Source: Phototrophicaceae bacterium
Lineage (GTDB): Bacteria; Chloroflexota; Anaerolineae; Aggregatilineales; Phototrophicaceae
NCBI GenBank assembly: GCA_965200325.1
Contig: OZ241335.1
Span: forward strand, 2,845,135 to 2,909,134
Direction: 5' to 3'
Length of the DNA stretch: 64,000 nt
Below, in pieces: positions 52,796-62,525 of this stretch. The notes beneath the pieces were generated by a model that saw only the letters and a list, made by a program, of their open reading frames with translations, was not told the origin of the DNA and did not search any database. Each line of letters opens with the position of its first letter. Position 1 is the first letter of the stretch. The position numbers were made by a program, and so were the translations under genes.

Positions 52796-53845
52796 ATGAC
52801 TTTGTTTGATGCTTTGCACAGCATTTCCGAGCAAATAAACGCGCGGCGAGATTTGTTAACAAACGAAGAAACGACCAAGCAGGTCTCCATTCTTCGATTT
52901 ATTCGGGCGCTGGGCTACGACACGAGCGACCCAACAGAAGTTCGTTTGGAATATGTCGCTGACCCGCGGGACAGCGGCGGTGAAAGCGTCGACTTTGCCA
53001 TTATGCGCAGCGGCGAGCCTATCCTGCTTATCGAAGCGAAGGCAGCGAACCGCCGCTTAAATGATAATTACTGGCGGCAACTGCATGATTATTTTGGCGC
53101 GACCGATGTGCGATTTGGCCTGCTGACAAATGGCATCTAATATCGCTTTTATACGGATATGCAAAAGAAAAACATCATGGATAAAAAGCCCTTTCTTACT
53201 ATTGACATGCTCAGTCTTGATAAGAAGTTAGTCGAAAACTTGCAGGGATTCACAAAAGACAGCTTTGACCCTGAGCGAATTGTGGCAACAGCGCAGAAAG
53301 CGGAGATTTTGCGGCTTTTGCAAGAGGAATTGCAGGGGCCATCCAAAAACTTTGTCAAGCACTTCGCCAGTCAAGTATATTCAGGGTCGCTGTATGATGC
53401 GCAGATACAACACTTTACCAAGCTCACCAAAGAAGCCTGGGGCGATTTAGTCCAGCAAGAAATTGCTAGCCACTTGCCCGAAGTTGAACCAGCGCCCAAA
53501 AAAGATGAAGTTGAGCTAAATAAAGAGACCCCGCCACCGCCGCCTGTCCCACCGTTGCCTGAACTGCCAGTTTTTGCTGAATACAAGGGACAGCGCTTTG
53601 AAGGCACGCTCTTATTGCGCGAGAAGTTGAGCGATCTTAACCGTATAAACTTTCGCTTTGAAAGCGAAGAAACAAATCATGCAAAGGCGGCGGACAAGGC
53701 CAGGAAATCGATTAACCCAGACGCTCGCCAGTCTATCGGCTGGCTTTTCTGGATATTCATCCACCCAGATACCAAAGAAGAATTGCCCATCAGAGAGGTA
53801 TTCAAAAACAGCGAATTACTTGCTCGCTTGCGCGCAAAGGGCTAA
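52796..53845 (+). pseudogene. HsdR_N-type PD-(D/E)xK nuclease-domain / DUF4357-like protein, paralogue 2 (single in-frame TAA at 53138-53140)
   Basis: MTLFDALHSISEQ...VDFAIMRSGEPILLIEAKAANRRL...FGLLTNGI*YRFYTDMQKKNIMDKKPFLTIDM. The TAA aligns with GAA (Glu) of paralogue 1 (LEYRFY). Track ORFs 52631..53140 and 53159..53845 share one frame. Confidence 0.7.
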
Positions 53846-53877
53846 ATCCCTATAAACTCATCGCGCTCCAGCCAAGT

Positions 53878-54804
53878 TCACATTCTTAACTTCGCCAGCA
53901 AATCGCGCAAGCCCACCGGCAACTCCGCCACAAAATGCAGCCGCTCGCCCGTCGTCGGATGGGCAAAAGCCAATTCCTGCGCATGCAAAAACTGCCGCTT
54001 GAGCTTGATGCGCTGCTTGCGCCAGCCATAAACCGTATCGCCCACCACTGGGCAGCCGATAAAAGCCATGTGGACGCGAATTTGATGCGTGCGCCCCGTC
54101 AAGAGCTTGAGCCGCACCAAAGCGCGGTCGCCTTGAAAATCATCATCGAGCAGCGTGAACTCGGTCTGGGCGCTTTTGCCGGCCCGTTGCACCCACATCC
54201 GTTGGCGCTGGCGCGGGTCGCGGGCGATAGGCGCGTCCACCACGCCGACATTGGAATGCGGCCGCTTCTCCAAGAGCGCCAGATACCACTTGTCGACGCG
54301 GCGCTCTTGAAATTGCTGCATTAGCGCCAGCAGGCTCGGCTTGTTGCGCGCGGCGACCAGCAGGCCACTGGTGCCGCGGTCCAGCCGATGTGCCAGGCCG
54401 AGGCGCTGGCCCATCTCTGGGTCATCCAGCATCGCCGCCATATCGGGGTAGCGAGCGAGCAGAGCATTGACCAGCGTGCCGCTTTTATTGCCCAGCCCGG
54501 GCTGCACGACCATGCCCGCCGCTTTGTTCAGCACCACCAGGTCGGCATCTTCATAGATAATAGCCAGCGGAATATCTTCTGGCTCGATGACAGCGGCGGG
54601 GCGCGGCGGGATGCGGACAAAAACATCTTCGCCGCCTTTGCACTTGTAACCCGTCTTTTGCGGCGCGCCATCCACCAGCACATGCCCGCCGCGAATGAGA
54701 GCCTGCACTTGCGTCCGCGAAAAATCGGGCAAATGCCTCAGCAAGAACTTGTCCAGCCGCTCGTTCGGCGCATCAACAATCAAGCTAATTTCTTCGCCGT
54801 TCAT
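53878..54804 (-). CDS. rluD: RluA-family 23S rRNA pseudouridine synthase (RluD-like)
   Basis: 308 aa. N-terminal S4 domain and catalytic HRLDRGTSGLLV motif. Confidence 0.85.
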   Translation of the reverse strand: MNGEEISLIVDAPNERLDKFLLRHLPDFSRTQVQALIRGGHVLVDGAPQKTGYKCKGGEDVFVRIPPRPAAVIEPEDIPLAIIYEDADLVVLNKAAGMVVQPGLGNKSGTLVNALLARYPDMAAMLDDPEMGQRLGLAHRLDRGTSGLLVAARNKPSLLALMQQFQERRVDKWYLALLEKRPHSNVGVVDAPIARDPRQRQRMWVQRAGKSAQTEFTLLDDDFQGDRALVRLKLLTGRTHQIRVHMAFIGCPVVGDTVYGWRKQRIKLKRQFLHAQELAFAHPTTGERLHFVAELPVGLRDLLAKLRM

Positions 54805-54957
54805 TTATAATGTCCCCAAAGCGGAACTCAAAAAGGCGGCGATGACGCCAGCGATTATGATGGCTAGCAGCAGAATCAGAGCCATGCGCAGCAGCTTGCG
54901 CAGCGCCGTTCGCTCCGCCTCTGTCCATTCGCGCTGGTTCTGGCCTTCGTCCGTCAT
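54805..54957 (-). CDS. Possible 50-aa single-TM protein directly upstream of rluD
   Basis: Own translation: MTDEGQNQREWTEAERTALRKLLRMALILLLAIIIAGVIAAFLSSALGTL. Its TAA is immediately followed by the rluD ATG. Weak RBS. Below the track size cutoff. Confidence 0.3.
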   Translation of the reverse strand: MTDEGQNQREWTEAERTALRKLLRMALILLLAIIIAGVIAAFLSSALGTL

Positions 54958-55033
54958 CGTTTGCCCGTTTCAATTTATCTGTGATTAAACCACAGGTATA
55001 TGCCCGCCACAATATAGGCTTGCGCGCGCCTCT

Positions 55034-55061
55034 TTGACCGCTGCCGCTGACAAGCTATAAT
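55034..55061 (+). promoter_or_regulatory. Sigma-70-type promoter upstream of galE
   Basis: TTGACC (55034-55039), 16 nt spacer, TATAAT (55056-55061), followed by RBS GGAAAGGAG and ATG 55084. Confidence 0.5.
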
Positions 55062-55083
55062 CGGCAAGCGGAAAGGAGCGCGT

Positions 55084-56070
55084 ATGAAGGTCTTGGTGAC
55101 GGGCGGCGCCGGCTATATCGGCAGCCATGTCGTGCAGCTGCTGATTGACCGCCGCTATCAGGTGGTGGTCTATGACAACCTGAGCAAGGGGCATCGGGCG
55201 GCGGTACACCCCGACGCGGCGCTGGTCGTCGGCGATTTGCATGACCGCGCGGCTCTAGCCGCCCTGTTTGAGGCGCATCAGTTTGATGGCATTATGCACT
55301 TCGCGTCCCAGATTCTAGTCGGCGAGAGCATGCGCCAGCCTTTTATGTACCTGCGCGACAACTTCTACACTATCATCAACTTGCTCGAGCAAGCCAGCCA
55401 GCGCGGCGTCAGCCGTTTCATCCTGTCTTCCACCGCCAATCTCTTTGGCAAACCGGCGCGCATTCCCATCGACGAACACGAAGCGCTGCTGCCCGGCAGC
55501 GTCTATGGCGAAACAAAATATATGGCGGAGCGCTTGCTAGCTTGGATGGATGAACTCTATGGCATCAAATACTGCTGCCTGCGCTATTTTAATGCCTGCG
55601 GCGCGCATCCAGACGGGCATATCGGCGAGGCTCACGAGCCAGAATCGCACCTGATACCGCTGGTGCTGCAAGTCGCTTTGGGGCAGCGCGAAGCGATTCA
55701 GATTTATGGCGCGGATTATGCGACGCCCGATGGCACCTGCATCCGCGATTATGTGCATGTGCTGGATTTGGCGCGGGCGCATATCTTGGCGCTGGAAGCG
55801 CTAGCCGATGGCGAAAGCCGCGTCTATAACCTGGGCAGCGGCAGCGGCTATTCCGTGCTGGAAGTGATTGAGGCGGCGCGCAAAGTTACCGGGCATGCCA
55901 TCCCAACGCTTGAGGCACCGCGCCGCGCCGGCGACCTGCCCATCTTAGTCGCGGATAGCGACAAAATCGGGCGCGAGCTGGGCTGGGAAACGGTCTATAA
56001 TGACCTGGAGACCATCATCCGCAGCGCCTGGAACTGGCATCGCCGCCATCCGAATGGCTATGCGAGCTGA
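55084..56070 (+). CDS. galE: UDP-glucose 4-epimerase
   Basis: 328 aa with [13 protein letters not shown] Rossmann motif and the YGETK catalytic motif. Confidence 0.9.
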   Translation: MKVLVTGGAGYIGSHVVQLLIDRRYQVVVYDNLSKGHRAAVHPDAALVVGDLHDRAALAALFEAHQFDGIMHFASQILVGESMRQPFMYLRDNFYTIINLLEQASQRGVSRFILSSTANLFGKPARIPIDEHEALLPGSVYGETKYMAERLLAWMDELYGIKYCCLRYFNACGAHPDGHIGEAHEPESHLIPLVLQVALGQREAIQIYGADYATPDGTCIRDYVHVLDLARAHILALEALADGESRVYNLGSGSGYSVLEVIEAARKVTGHAIPTLEAPRRAGDLPILVADSDKIGRELGWETVYNDLETIIRSAWNWHRRHPNGYAS

Positions 56071-56087
56071 GCGAAAGGAAAAGCGCA

Positions 56088-56360
56088 ATGTGCCGCAATA
56101 TCAAACCGCTCTTCAATTATGACCCGCCGAGCCGCCCCGCCGACATCGAAGCGGCCGCTTTGCAATATGTGCGCAAGGTCAGTGGCTATCGCAAGCCTTC
56201 CGCCAACAACGAAGCCGCCTTCCAGCAAGCCGTCGCCGACATCGCGCAAGCGACAGCGGCTCTGCTCGATGCGCTGCAAACAAGCGCCCCGCCTCGCAAT
56301 CGCGCGGCCGAAATCGCCAAAGCCCGCGCCCGCAACGCCAAGCGCTTCGGCAAAGCATAG
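56088..56360 (+). CDS. DUF2277 family protein
   Basis: 90 aa beginning MCRNIKPLFNYDPPS...AAALQYVRKVSG, the characteristic DUF2277 N-terminus. Confidence 0.7.
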   Translation: MCRNIKPLFNYDPPSRPADIEAAALQYVRKVSGYRKPSANNEAAFQQAVADIAQATAALLDALQTSAPPRNRAAEIAKARARNAKRFGKA

Positions 56361-56450
56361 CCGTTTACAGCCAATAAGGCTTGCGCTAGACTTGCAGGCA
56401 AGAATGGCGCTCGGAGCGCAGAAGTAGGTCCCAAAAAACGAGAGAGATTT

Positions 56451-57503
56451 ATGGCAGGCACCAGCGGGAACATGCGCGCTGTCATCATAGAAAATATCGG
56501 CAAGCCGCGCGCCCTCAAACATATACAAAAGCCGCGCCCGCAAATCGGCGCGGACGCCGCACTGATTAGGATTCATGCCACATCGGTCAACCCAGGCGAT
56601 TTGCTCTTGCGCAGCGGCCGCCTCATCATCCGCAAGCCGCTGCCGCATATCCTAGGCGCAGACCTGGCTGGCGAAATCGTAGAAATCGGCGCTGACGCGG
56701 CTGCGGCTGGCTGGCAAATCGGCGAGCGGGTCTATGCCTGTTTCGAGCCGCTGGGCTGTGCCATCGATGGCGGCTATGCCGAATATTGCGCCGTGCCAGC
56801 CGAGAAGCTCATCCGCCTGCCAGCCCAGCTCGATTATCAAGCGGCGGTGGCGGCAGGCGCGTCTTTCGCCAGCGCTTTTTTAGCTTTGGTCGAAAAGGGC
56901 AAGCTACAAAAAGCGGAGGCGGTGGTCATCCGCGGCGCGGCGGGCAGCGTGGGCGCGGCGGCCGTGCAGATTGCCAGCGCCCGCGGCGCCAAAGTCATCG
57001 CTATTGGCGCGGCGCAATTCGCCGCCGATTTTCAGAAAATCGGCGCGCATGTGGTGCTGGAAGACGCCAGCGATGACCTGGTGCGCCAAGTCCAAGTGGC
57101 GACGGAAGAAAGCGGCGCTGACCTCGTTTTGCATTGCAGCAACCAGCTCGACCTGGAGCAGTCGCTCGATATGCTGGCTTATGGCGGGCGGCTAGTCATC
57201 GCCAGCGCCGCGCGCCGGCCACAGGTCAAGCTGGATGCGCTAGCGCTTTATCTCAAGAACCTCAGCATCAGCGGCGCTTATGGCAGCCTCCCGCCCCAGG
57301 CCGTGGCGGCGCTATTACAAGCCTTAGCCGAAGGCAAATATCAAACCTTGATTGACGAAGTGCTGCCTTTGAGCCAAGCCAGACAGGCGCATCGCAAGCT
57401 GGAGCGTAAGCCGCGCTTCGGCAAAATCATATTGGTGCCAGATGCCGTCTTAGCCGAACTGGAAGCGGCAAAAAAGCCCTCGAACTGGATTCCCATCGAG
57501 TAA
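56451..57503 (+). CDS. Zinc-type/MDR-superfamily NAD(P)H:quinone oxidoreductase-like alcohol dehydrogenase
   Basis: 350 aa with the GroES-like N-terminus and Rossmann GAAGSVGAAAVQIA. An alternative start is ATG 56472. Confidence 0.7.
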   Translation: MAGTSGNMRAVIIENIGKPRALKHIQKPRPQIGADAALIRIHATSVNPGDLLLRSGRLIIRKPLPHILGADLAGEIVEIGADAAAAGWQIGERVYACFEPLGCAIDGGYAEYCAVPAEKLIRLPAQLDYQAAVAAGASFASAFLALVEKGKLQKAEAVVIRGAAGSVGAAAVQIASARGAKVIAIGAAQFAADFQKIGAHVVLEDASDDLVRQVQVATEESGADLVLHCSNQLDLEQSLDMLAYGGRLVIASAARRPQVKLDALALYLKNLSISGAYGSLPPQAVAALLQALAEGKYQTLIDEVLPLSQARQAHRKLERKPRFGKIILVPDAVLAELEAAKKPSNWIPIE

Positions 57504-57514
57504 GCGATTCAGGT

Positions 57515-58561
57515 TTATAAAAGCGGATAGTCGAGGAAGAGCGCATCCAAGAGCAGGCGCGTATTAGCATTGGTATCCAGGGCGCGCATTGCTTGGCTGG
57601 TCGCTTGCAGAGCGACACGGGCTTGCGCCGGGTCCAGGCGCCCGGCTAAAGCACGGATTTCTTCGTGGCGGTCGATATTGCACGGTTTGACCGGGCTGGC
57701 ATAACATTGCAGCAGCAGGTCGCGCCAATAGCTCTGCCAGCATTCCAAGATAGCGCGCAGCATGGCTTTGTCTTTGGCGGCGCGCTGGCTCACTTCAGCG
57801 GCCGCTTTCAGGCGCAGCAGCCGCGTCCCCTTCACCACATCGCGCAAGCGGTCGAGCATCTGCGCCCGAAATTCCAGCGGACTCTCATCTTCCAGAGCGG
57901 CCAGAGCCCAGCCGACGCGGCCGCCGCTCAAGCGGGCGATGAGGTCGGCTTGGTTTTCGGCGCAGCCGCGGGCGAGCAACTGCGCTTTGATACGCTGCTG
58001 CGGCGCTGGGCGCAGCTGCAAGGTCTGCGCTCGACTGCGGATGGTCGGCAAGACGCGCTCCAGCGCGCTAGCCAGCAAAATCAAAACGGCGTAGGAAACA
58101 GGTTCTTCCAGCGTCTTCAAGAGCGCGTCCTGAGCCGGCGGCGCTATCCTGTCAGATTGCTTATAACCGGCATCGAAGTTATCAAAAATGGCAATGCGAT
58201 AGCGGGCGGCATACGGTTTGAGGGCTAGCAGGCGGCTGACTTCCCGCACCGCGCCGATTTTCAGCGGCGCGCCGGCGGGCTGCTGCACTAGAATCAAATC
58301 CGGGTCTTGGCCGCGGCTAATGGCCTGACAGGCGCGGCATTGGCGGCAGGGCCGCCGCGCCACCTGCGCATCTTCACAGTTGAGAGCCATAGCGAAGGTC
58401 TGCGCTAGCGTCATCTTGCCTAGAGATGCGCTGCCAACGAATAAATAGGCATGCCGTTGACGCCCATAAATCAGACTGCGTCGCAAGAAATCTACCGCCC
58501 ATTCATGGCCGATGATGCCCCAGTTGTCTGCCGCGCCGCTGTTTCTTTTGGTCTCGTGCAT
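57515..58561 (-). CDS. holB: DNA polymerase III subunit delta-prime
   Basis: 348 aa. AAA+-like HAYLFVGSASLGKMTLA, zinc-module Cys (CEDAQVARRPCRQCRAC) and the SRAQ sensor motif. Confidence 0.8.
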   Translation of the reverse strand: MHETKRNSGAADNWGIIGHEWAVDFLRRSLIYGRQRHAYLFVGSASLGKMTLAQTFAMALNCEDAQVARRPCRQCRACQAISRGQDPDLILVQQPAGAPLKIGAVREVSRLLALKPYAARYRIAIFDNFDAGYKQSDRIAPPAQDALLKTLEEPVSYAVLILLASALERVLPTIRSRAQTLQLRPAPQQRIKAQLLARGCAENQADLIARLSGGRVGWALAALEDESPLEFRAQMLDRLRDVVKGTRLLRLKAAAEVSQRAAKDKAMLRAILECWQSYWRDLLLQCYASPVKPCNIDRHEEIRALAGRLDPAQARVALQATSQAMRALDTNANTRLLLDALFLDYPLL

Positions 58562-58699
58562 ACCGTTTATTATAGCGTCTGCGGCAAAAAGAATAAGCCT
58601 GGCTTGGCGCGAAATGCGCTTTGCAGCAGAGTCGTCTAGAATAATGCCAGCGTCGCTATATTTAGCTACAATACATCTATGCTAGAAAAGGGAAAATAT

Positions 58700-60973
58700 A
58701 TGCAGTTTCGGATTGTCGCGCTGCTCTGCTTGAGCCTGCTGCTCGGCGCGCTTGCCCTACCCGCTTTGGCGCAAGCCGCGCCGACTGTGAGTATCAGCCC
58801 GCCCGCCGGCGAAGTAGAAAAAGCGATATTTAGTATCGAGATTAGCGGCTTAGCGGCGCGGGCTAACTACACAGTTGAGATTGTCTTCGCCGGCGAAGTC
58901 GTCTTCCAAAGTGATGAAACAAGCGATGCCGCAGGCCACATCGCCTACCCAATTAGCAGCACCGCCGGCGATGCGCCGGGCATTTATACCGTGCAAGTGC
59001 GGCAGGGCGGCGCGGTCATCGCCAGCGCCAATTTTGAGCTGACCGCCGCGGCAATGCACGCCAGTGCCGAGGCCAGCCAGCCCCAAGTGACCGTCAGCCC
59101 GGCAACAGCGCCATTTGGCAGCGTGCAGACTGTGCGCATTGCCGCGCTGCTGCCAGAGGCGGATTACACAGTAGAAATCACGGCCAGCGAGACGGCGCAA
59201 ACCGTCTATCGCCGCCAGCACAACAGCGGCAGCGCCGGCCGCATCGAGATTGAGATTTTTGCCGTCGAAGGCGCGACGCCGGGGCCGCATAGCATAACTG
59301 TCTATGACAGCGCCGGCGCGCTAGCCGCCGACGGCGCCTTCACCATCGAAGCGCCGGCAGCGCGGGCTGTAAGGGCGCAAGTTCAGCCCAACTCCATAGA
59401 AGCGGGCGCGAGCGCCCTCATTGCGGTCAGCGGCTTAAACGGTTTCGCTGGCGTAACCGCCCAAATCACAAACGCCGCTGCCGTGCTGATTGACACTGTT
59501 TCGGCGCGGGCTAGCAGCGATGGCAGCGCGACGCTCAGTTTTGCCAGCCCGCCGAATTTGGCTGACGGTCTCTACACGGTCGATATTTTTGTCGATGGCG
59601 AGAAACGGGCTAGCGCCGACCTGAGCATCGGCGATAGCCTGGCGCCGGCGACCGCGCAAGTTGCAGTGGAACCACCGAGCGCGCCCAGCGGCAGCGAGTA
59701 TGTGATTAGTATAAGCGGCTTGGCGGCGGAGCAAGCCTTTCGGCTGATTCTACTCGACCCGGCCGGCGCTCAAGAATATAGCCGCCAGCGCCTGGCGGAT
59801 GCCGCCGGCCGTTTTAACTTGACGATTTCCAGCACGGCTGAAGACGCGGTCGGCCGCTATCGGGCCGAAATCTACAGCGCTGATGGCGCCGATTTGCTGG
59901 CGGCTACGGACTTTGAAGTCACGGCGGCCGCCGCGGCCGTGCGCGCAAGCGTAACTGACAGCCCCAGCCCGGCCAGCGACCAGCCGACAGTCGCGCTAGG
60001 CAGCGTCGCAGAAGCCAGCGCCAGCGCCAGCGCGCCGGGCGCTGTTGAGGTCTTTGAAGGCAGGCTGCAAGCCGGGCGCGCCCAAATCGCCTTCCAAGGC
60101 CGCGCCGGGCAGTACGCGCTCATCCGCGTCTCGTCGACGGACTTTGACCCGGCCGCCTCGCTCAAGGACAGCGCCGGGCAAGAACTCGCCTTCAATGACG
60201 ACAGCCGCGGCCAAAAAGACGCGCTCATTGGCCCGCTGCTCTTGCCTGACAGCGGCACCTACCAGCTCGAAGTGCGGGGAGCGCCGCTGATGATGGCGCA
60301 GGGCGCGGAGACGGGCGAGTTTCGGGCGACAATTGAAAGCCCGCGCATCAACGATATCGCCTTTGACCAGCCGGTGAATTTCAGCCTCGCTGCCAGCGCG
60401 CCAGCGCTCTACTTCGCCCTGCCAGTGGCGGCCGGCGATAGCTTGACCGTTACGCTGGACAGCGGGCTGGATACGCTGCTGCAAGTCGTTGCGCCAAATG
60501 GCAGCGAATACGCCTTTGATGATGACGGCGGCGCTGGTTTCGCCGCCGAGCTAAAAAACCTGGCTTTCGCCGAAGCGGGAACTTATATCTTGGCGCTGGC
60601 CGCCTTTGATGAAAATGCCAGCGGTACCGGCCGCCTCACCGTCGCCCGCAATCCCGCCCGTTTGCTGGCTGAGGACGAGCTTATCGTAACGCTCAACGAC
60701 AAAACAATCCGCGAGCTGGTCGTCTTTGACGCCGTAGCGGACGAGCTGCTGATTCTCAATCTGCATAAGCGCTATGGGGATGTGGCGGACCTCTTTGTTA
60801 CAGCGACCGTCGATGGCATGGAAGTGATGTCCTATAGCACGATGGGCGTGCCAGAGCATTTGCCGCTGGCCTTTGTCATGCCGATGGGCGGGCGCGTGCT
60901 AGTCGAGCTGGAGAAATACGGTTTTGACGATGGCATCGCGCTGGCTGTTGCTTTAGAGCGGCCACAGCCCTAA
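58700..60973 (+). CDS. Large secreted protein: four Ig-like ~95-aa modules followed by two pre-peptidase C-terminal (PPC)-like domains
   Basis: Start at ATG 58700 gives the signal peptide MQFRIVALLCLSLLLGALALPALAQA. Modules repeat the pattern V.P......I...GL.....YTV.I......AG......S......G.Y.V. The two PPC-like units have FNDDS/FDDDG and GTY..E/L motifs. Confidence 0.6.
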   Translation: MQFRIVALLCLSLLLGALALPALAQAAPTVSISPPAGEVEKAIFSIEISGLAARANYTVEIVFAGEVVFQSDETSDAAGHIAYPISSTAGDAPGIYTVQVRQGGAVIASANFELTAAAMHASAEASQPQVTVSPATAPFGSVQTVRIAALLPEADYTVEITASETAQTVYRRQHNSGSAGRIEIEIFAVEGATPGPHSITVYDSAGALAADGAFTIEAPAARAVRAQVQPNSIEAGASALIAVSGLNGFAGVTAQITNAAAVLIDTVSARASSDGSATLSFASPPNLADGLYTVDIFVDGEKRASADLSIGDSLAPATAQVAVEPPSAPSGSEYVISISGLAAEQAFRLILLDPAGAQEYSRQRLADAAGRFNLTISSTAEDAVGRYRAEIYSADGADLLAATDFEVTAAAAAVRASVTDSPSPASDQPTVALGSVAEASASASAPGAVEVFEGRLQAGRAQIAFQGRAGQYALIRVSSTDFDPAASLKDSAGQELAFNDDSRGQKDALIGPLLLPDSGTYQLEVRGAPLMMAQGAETGEFRATIESPRINDIAFDQPVNFSLAASAPALYFALPVAAGDSLTVTLDSGLDTLLQVVAPNGSEYAFDDDGGAGFAAELKNLAFAEAGTYILALAAFDENASGTGRLTVARNPARLLAEDELIVTLNDKTIRELVVFDAVADELLILNLHKRYGDVADLFVTATVDGMEVMSYSTMGVPEHLPLAFVMPMGGRVLVELEKYGFDDGIALAVALERPQP

Positions 60974-62370
60974 TAGACTTGCAGGCCGCGGGCTTCGCGC
61001 CGGCCATCGCGCCAGGCTTCGTTGCCATCGTTGTGCAAGGGCAAGGCTTTCACCCGCCAGCCCGATAGCTCAGCCACAGTATGCTCGGCATAAAAAGCGT
61101 CCAGCCGCGCTTTGTATTGCGCGGCGATTCTTGGATATTGCGCATAGACATCGCGCCGCTCGCCTGGATCCGCCCGCAAATCAAAGAGTTCATGCGGTCC
61201 CTCGGGGTAACGCCAGACCAGCTTCCAGCGCTCGTCGCGTATCATGCGCAGGTCGCCATATTCGCCATAGCGCGTATTGTCCCAGACTGAGCCAGACGGC
61301 GCGGCACCGCCCAGAAGATGCGTGTATGAAGCGCCAGCATAGGTCTCATCGGCGGGCAATTCGATATCGGCTAAAGCGCAGATGGTATGAAAAGTATCGT
61401 AATGGTCAACATATTCCGCCCGCGTCTGGGGCGCAATGCCGGCACCGGCAATGATGAGTGGCACTTGCAAAGAAATATCGTACATATTGAGCGGACGCGT
61501 GCTGTTGCCCTTGCCAAAGAAACCCTGATGCCCGATGGCGCAGCCATGATCCGAGGTATAAATGAGTATCGTATCTTGCCACAGGCTCCGCGCTTCTAAA
61601 TCGGCCACCAGGCGGGCAATGTTCTCATCAATCTCTGTAACAGCGGCATAATAGCCGATGTAGCGGTCCCGCAGCTGCTGCGCGCCGAGCGCGTTGGGAC
61701 CGCCTTCGTTCTTGACCCAAGCATGCGGCTGATAGGCTGGAATCTCGTCAAAGGCGCAATCTTGATAGCGGGCGGTCTGCTGCGGGTCATGGGTGCCTTG
61801 CTCATAAGGCGAATGCGTGGCGATGTAGCCGATGTTCAAAAAGAAAGGCTTATCGGCTGGCACAGTATCAAGAAAGTCAAGCGCGTGGTCGGTGATGTGG
61901 CGCGATTTGTTGCCGGCCAGCCTGATGCGCTCGCCATTGCGCACATACGTATAAGGCGTATTATGCGCGCCCTGCCAGCCAGGCAGGCCAAAATGATACT
62001 GTGCGCCGGCCGGCGGCAAGTGTGATTGCCCCAAATGCCATTTGCCGCTCAGACCGCAGTGATAACCGGCCGCCGTCATATAAGAAAAAAGCGTCTGCGT
62101 ATCGCCCAGCCAATCACGCTCGCCGACATCGGGCAGAGCCTCTTGCAGCCAGTCGTGGATGCCCACCTGCGACGCCGTCTGGCCGGTCAAGAGGCAGGCG
62201 CGGGCTGGCGAGCAAACAGGCGTCGGCGTCCAAGCCTGGCGGAAGCGCGTGCCGCTAGCCGCCAGCGCATCGAGCGTCGGCGTCTGCACTTCCTTATTGC
62301 CATAAGAGCCATTCGCCCAAGCGCCATGGTCATCGGTGAGCAGTAAAACGATATTCGGCCTTTTGCGCAT
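60970..62370 (-). CDS. Cys-type sulfatase (arylsulfatase family)
   Basis: Start at ATG 62370 (RBS AAAGGAG). NIVLLLTDDHG and CSPARACLLTG (C-x-P-x-R formylglycine motif). Confidence 0.85.
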   Translation of the reverse strand: MRKRPNIVLLLTDDHGAWANGSYGNKEVQTPTLDALAASGTRFRQAWTPTPVCSPARACLLTGQTASQVGIHDWLQEALPDVGERDWLGDTQTLFSYMTAAGYHCGLSGKWHLGQSHLPPAGAQYHFGLPGWQGAHNTPYTYVRNGERIRLAGNKSRHITDHALDFLDTVPADKPFFLNIGYIATHSPYEQGTHDPQQTARYQDCAFDEIPAYQPHAWVKNEGGPNALGAQQLRDRYIGYYAAVTEIDENIARLVADLEARSLWQDTILIYTSDHGCAIGHQGFFGKGNSTRPLNMYDISLQVPLIIAGAGIAPQTRAEYVDHYDTFHTICALADIELPADETYAGASYTHLLGGAAPSGSVWDNTRYGEYGDLRMIRDERWKLVWRYPEGPHELFDLRADPGERRDVYAQYPRIAAQYKARLDAFYAEHTVAELSGWRVKALPLHNDGNEAWRDGRREARGLQVY

Positions 62371-62525
62371 TACGCTACTCCTTTGCCGCAATCGGTGTAC
62401 AATTCCATTTTAGCGCAGTTGCCCGCGAATAACGGCAGTGATTTTGCCGCGCCAGCGCCGCAGGCAATGTACATAAACAGGCAGCCGCGTATAATAAACC
62501 AAAATTTAAAGGAGGAGCGAACAAT

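Noticed and set aside
16202-53140. Is TAA reassigned or read as a sense codon in this organism, given the two in-frame TAAs?
   Set aside because: TAA clearly terminates many well-conserved genes here at their expected C-termini (for example VOC copy 2, the GH13 gene, RelE-like toxin, PBP2, OsmC-like). Ordinary nonsense mutations or sequence variants are far more likely.
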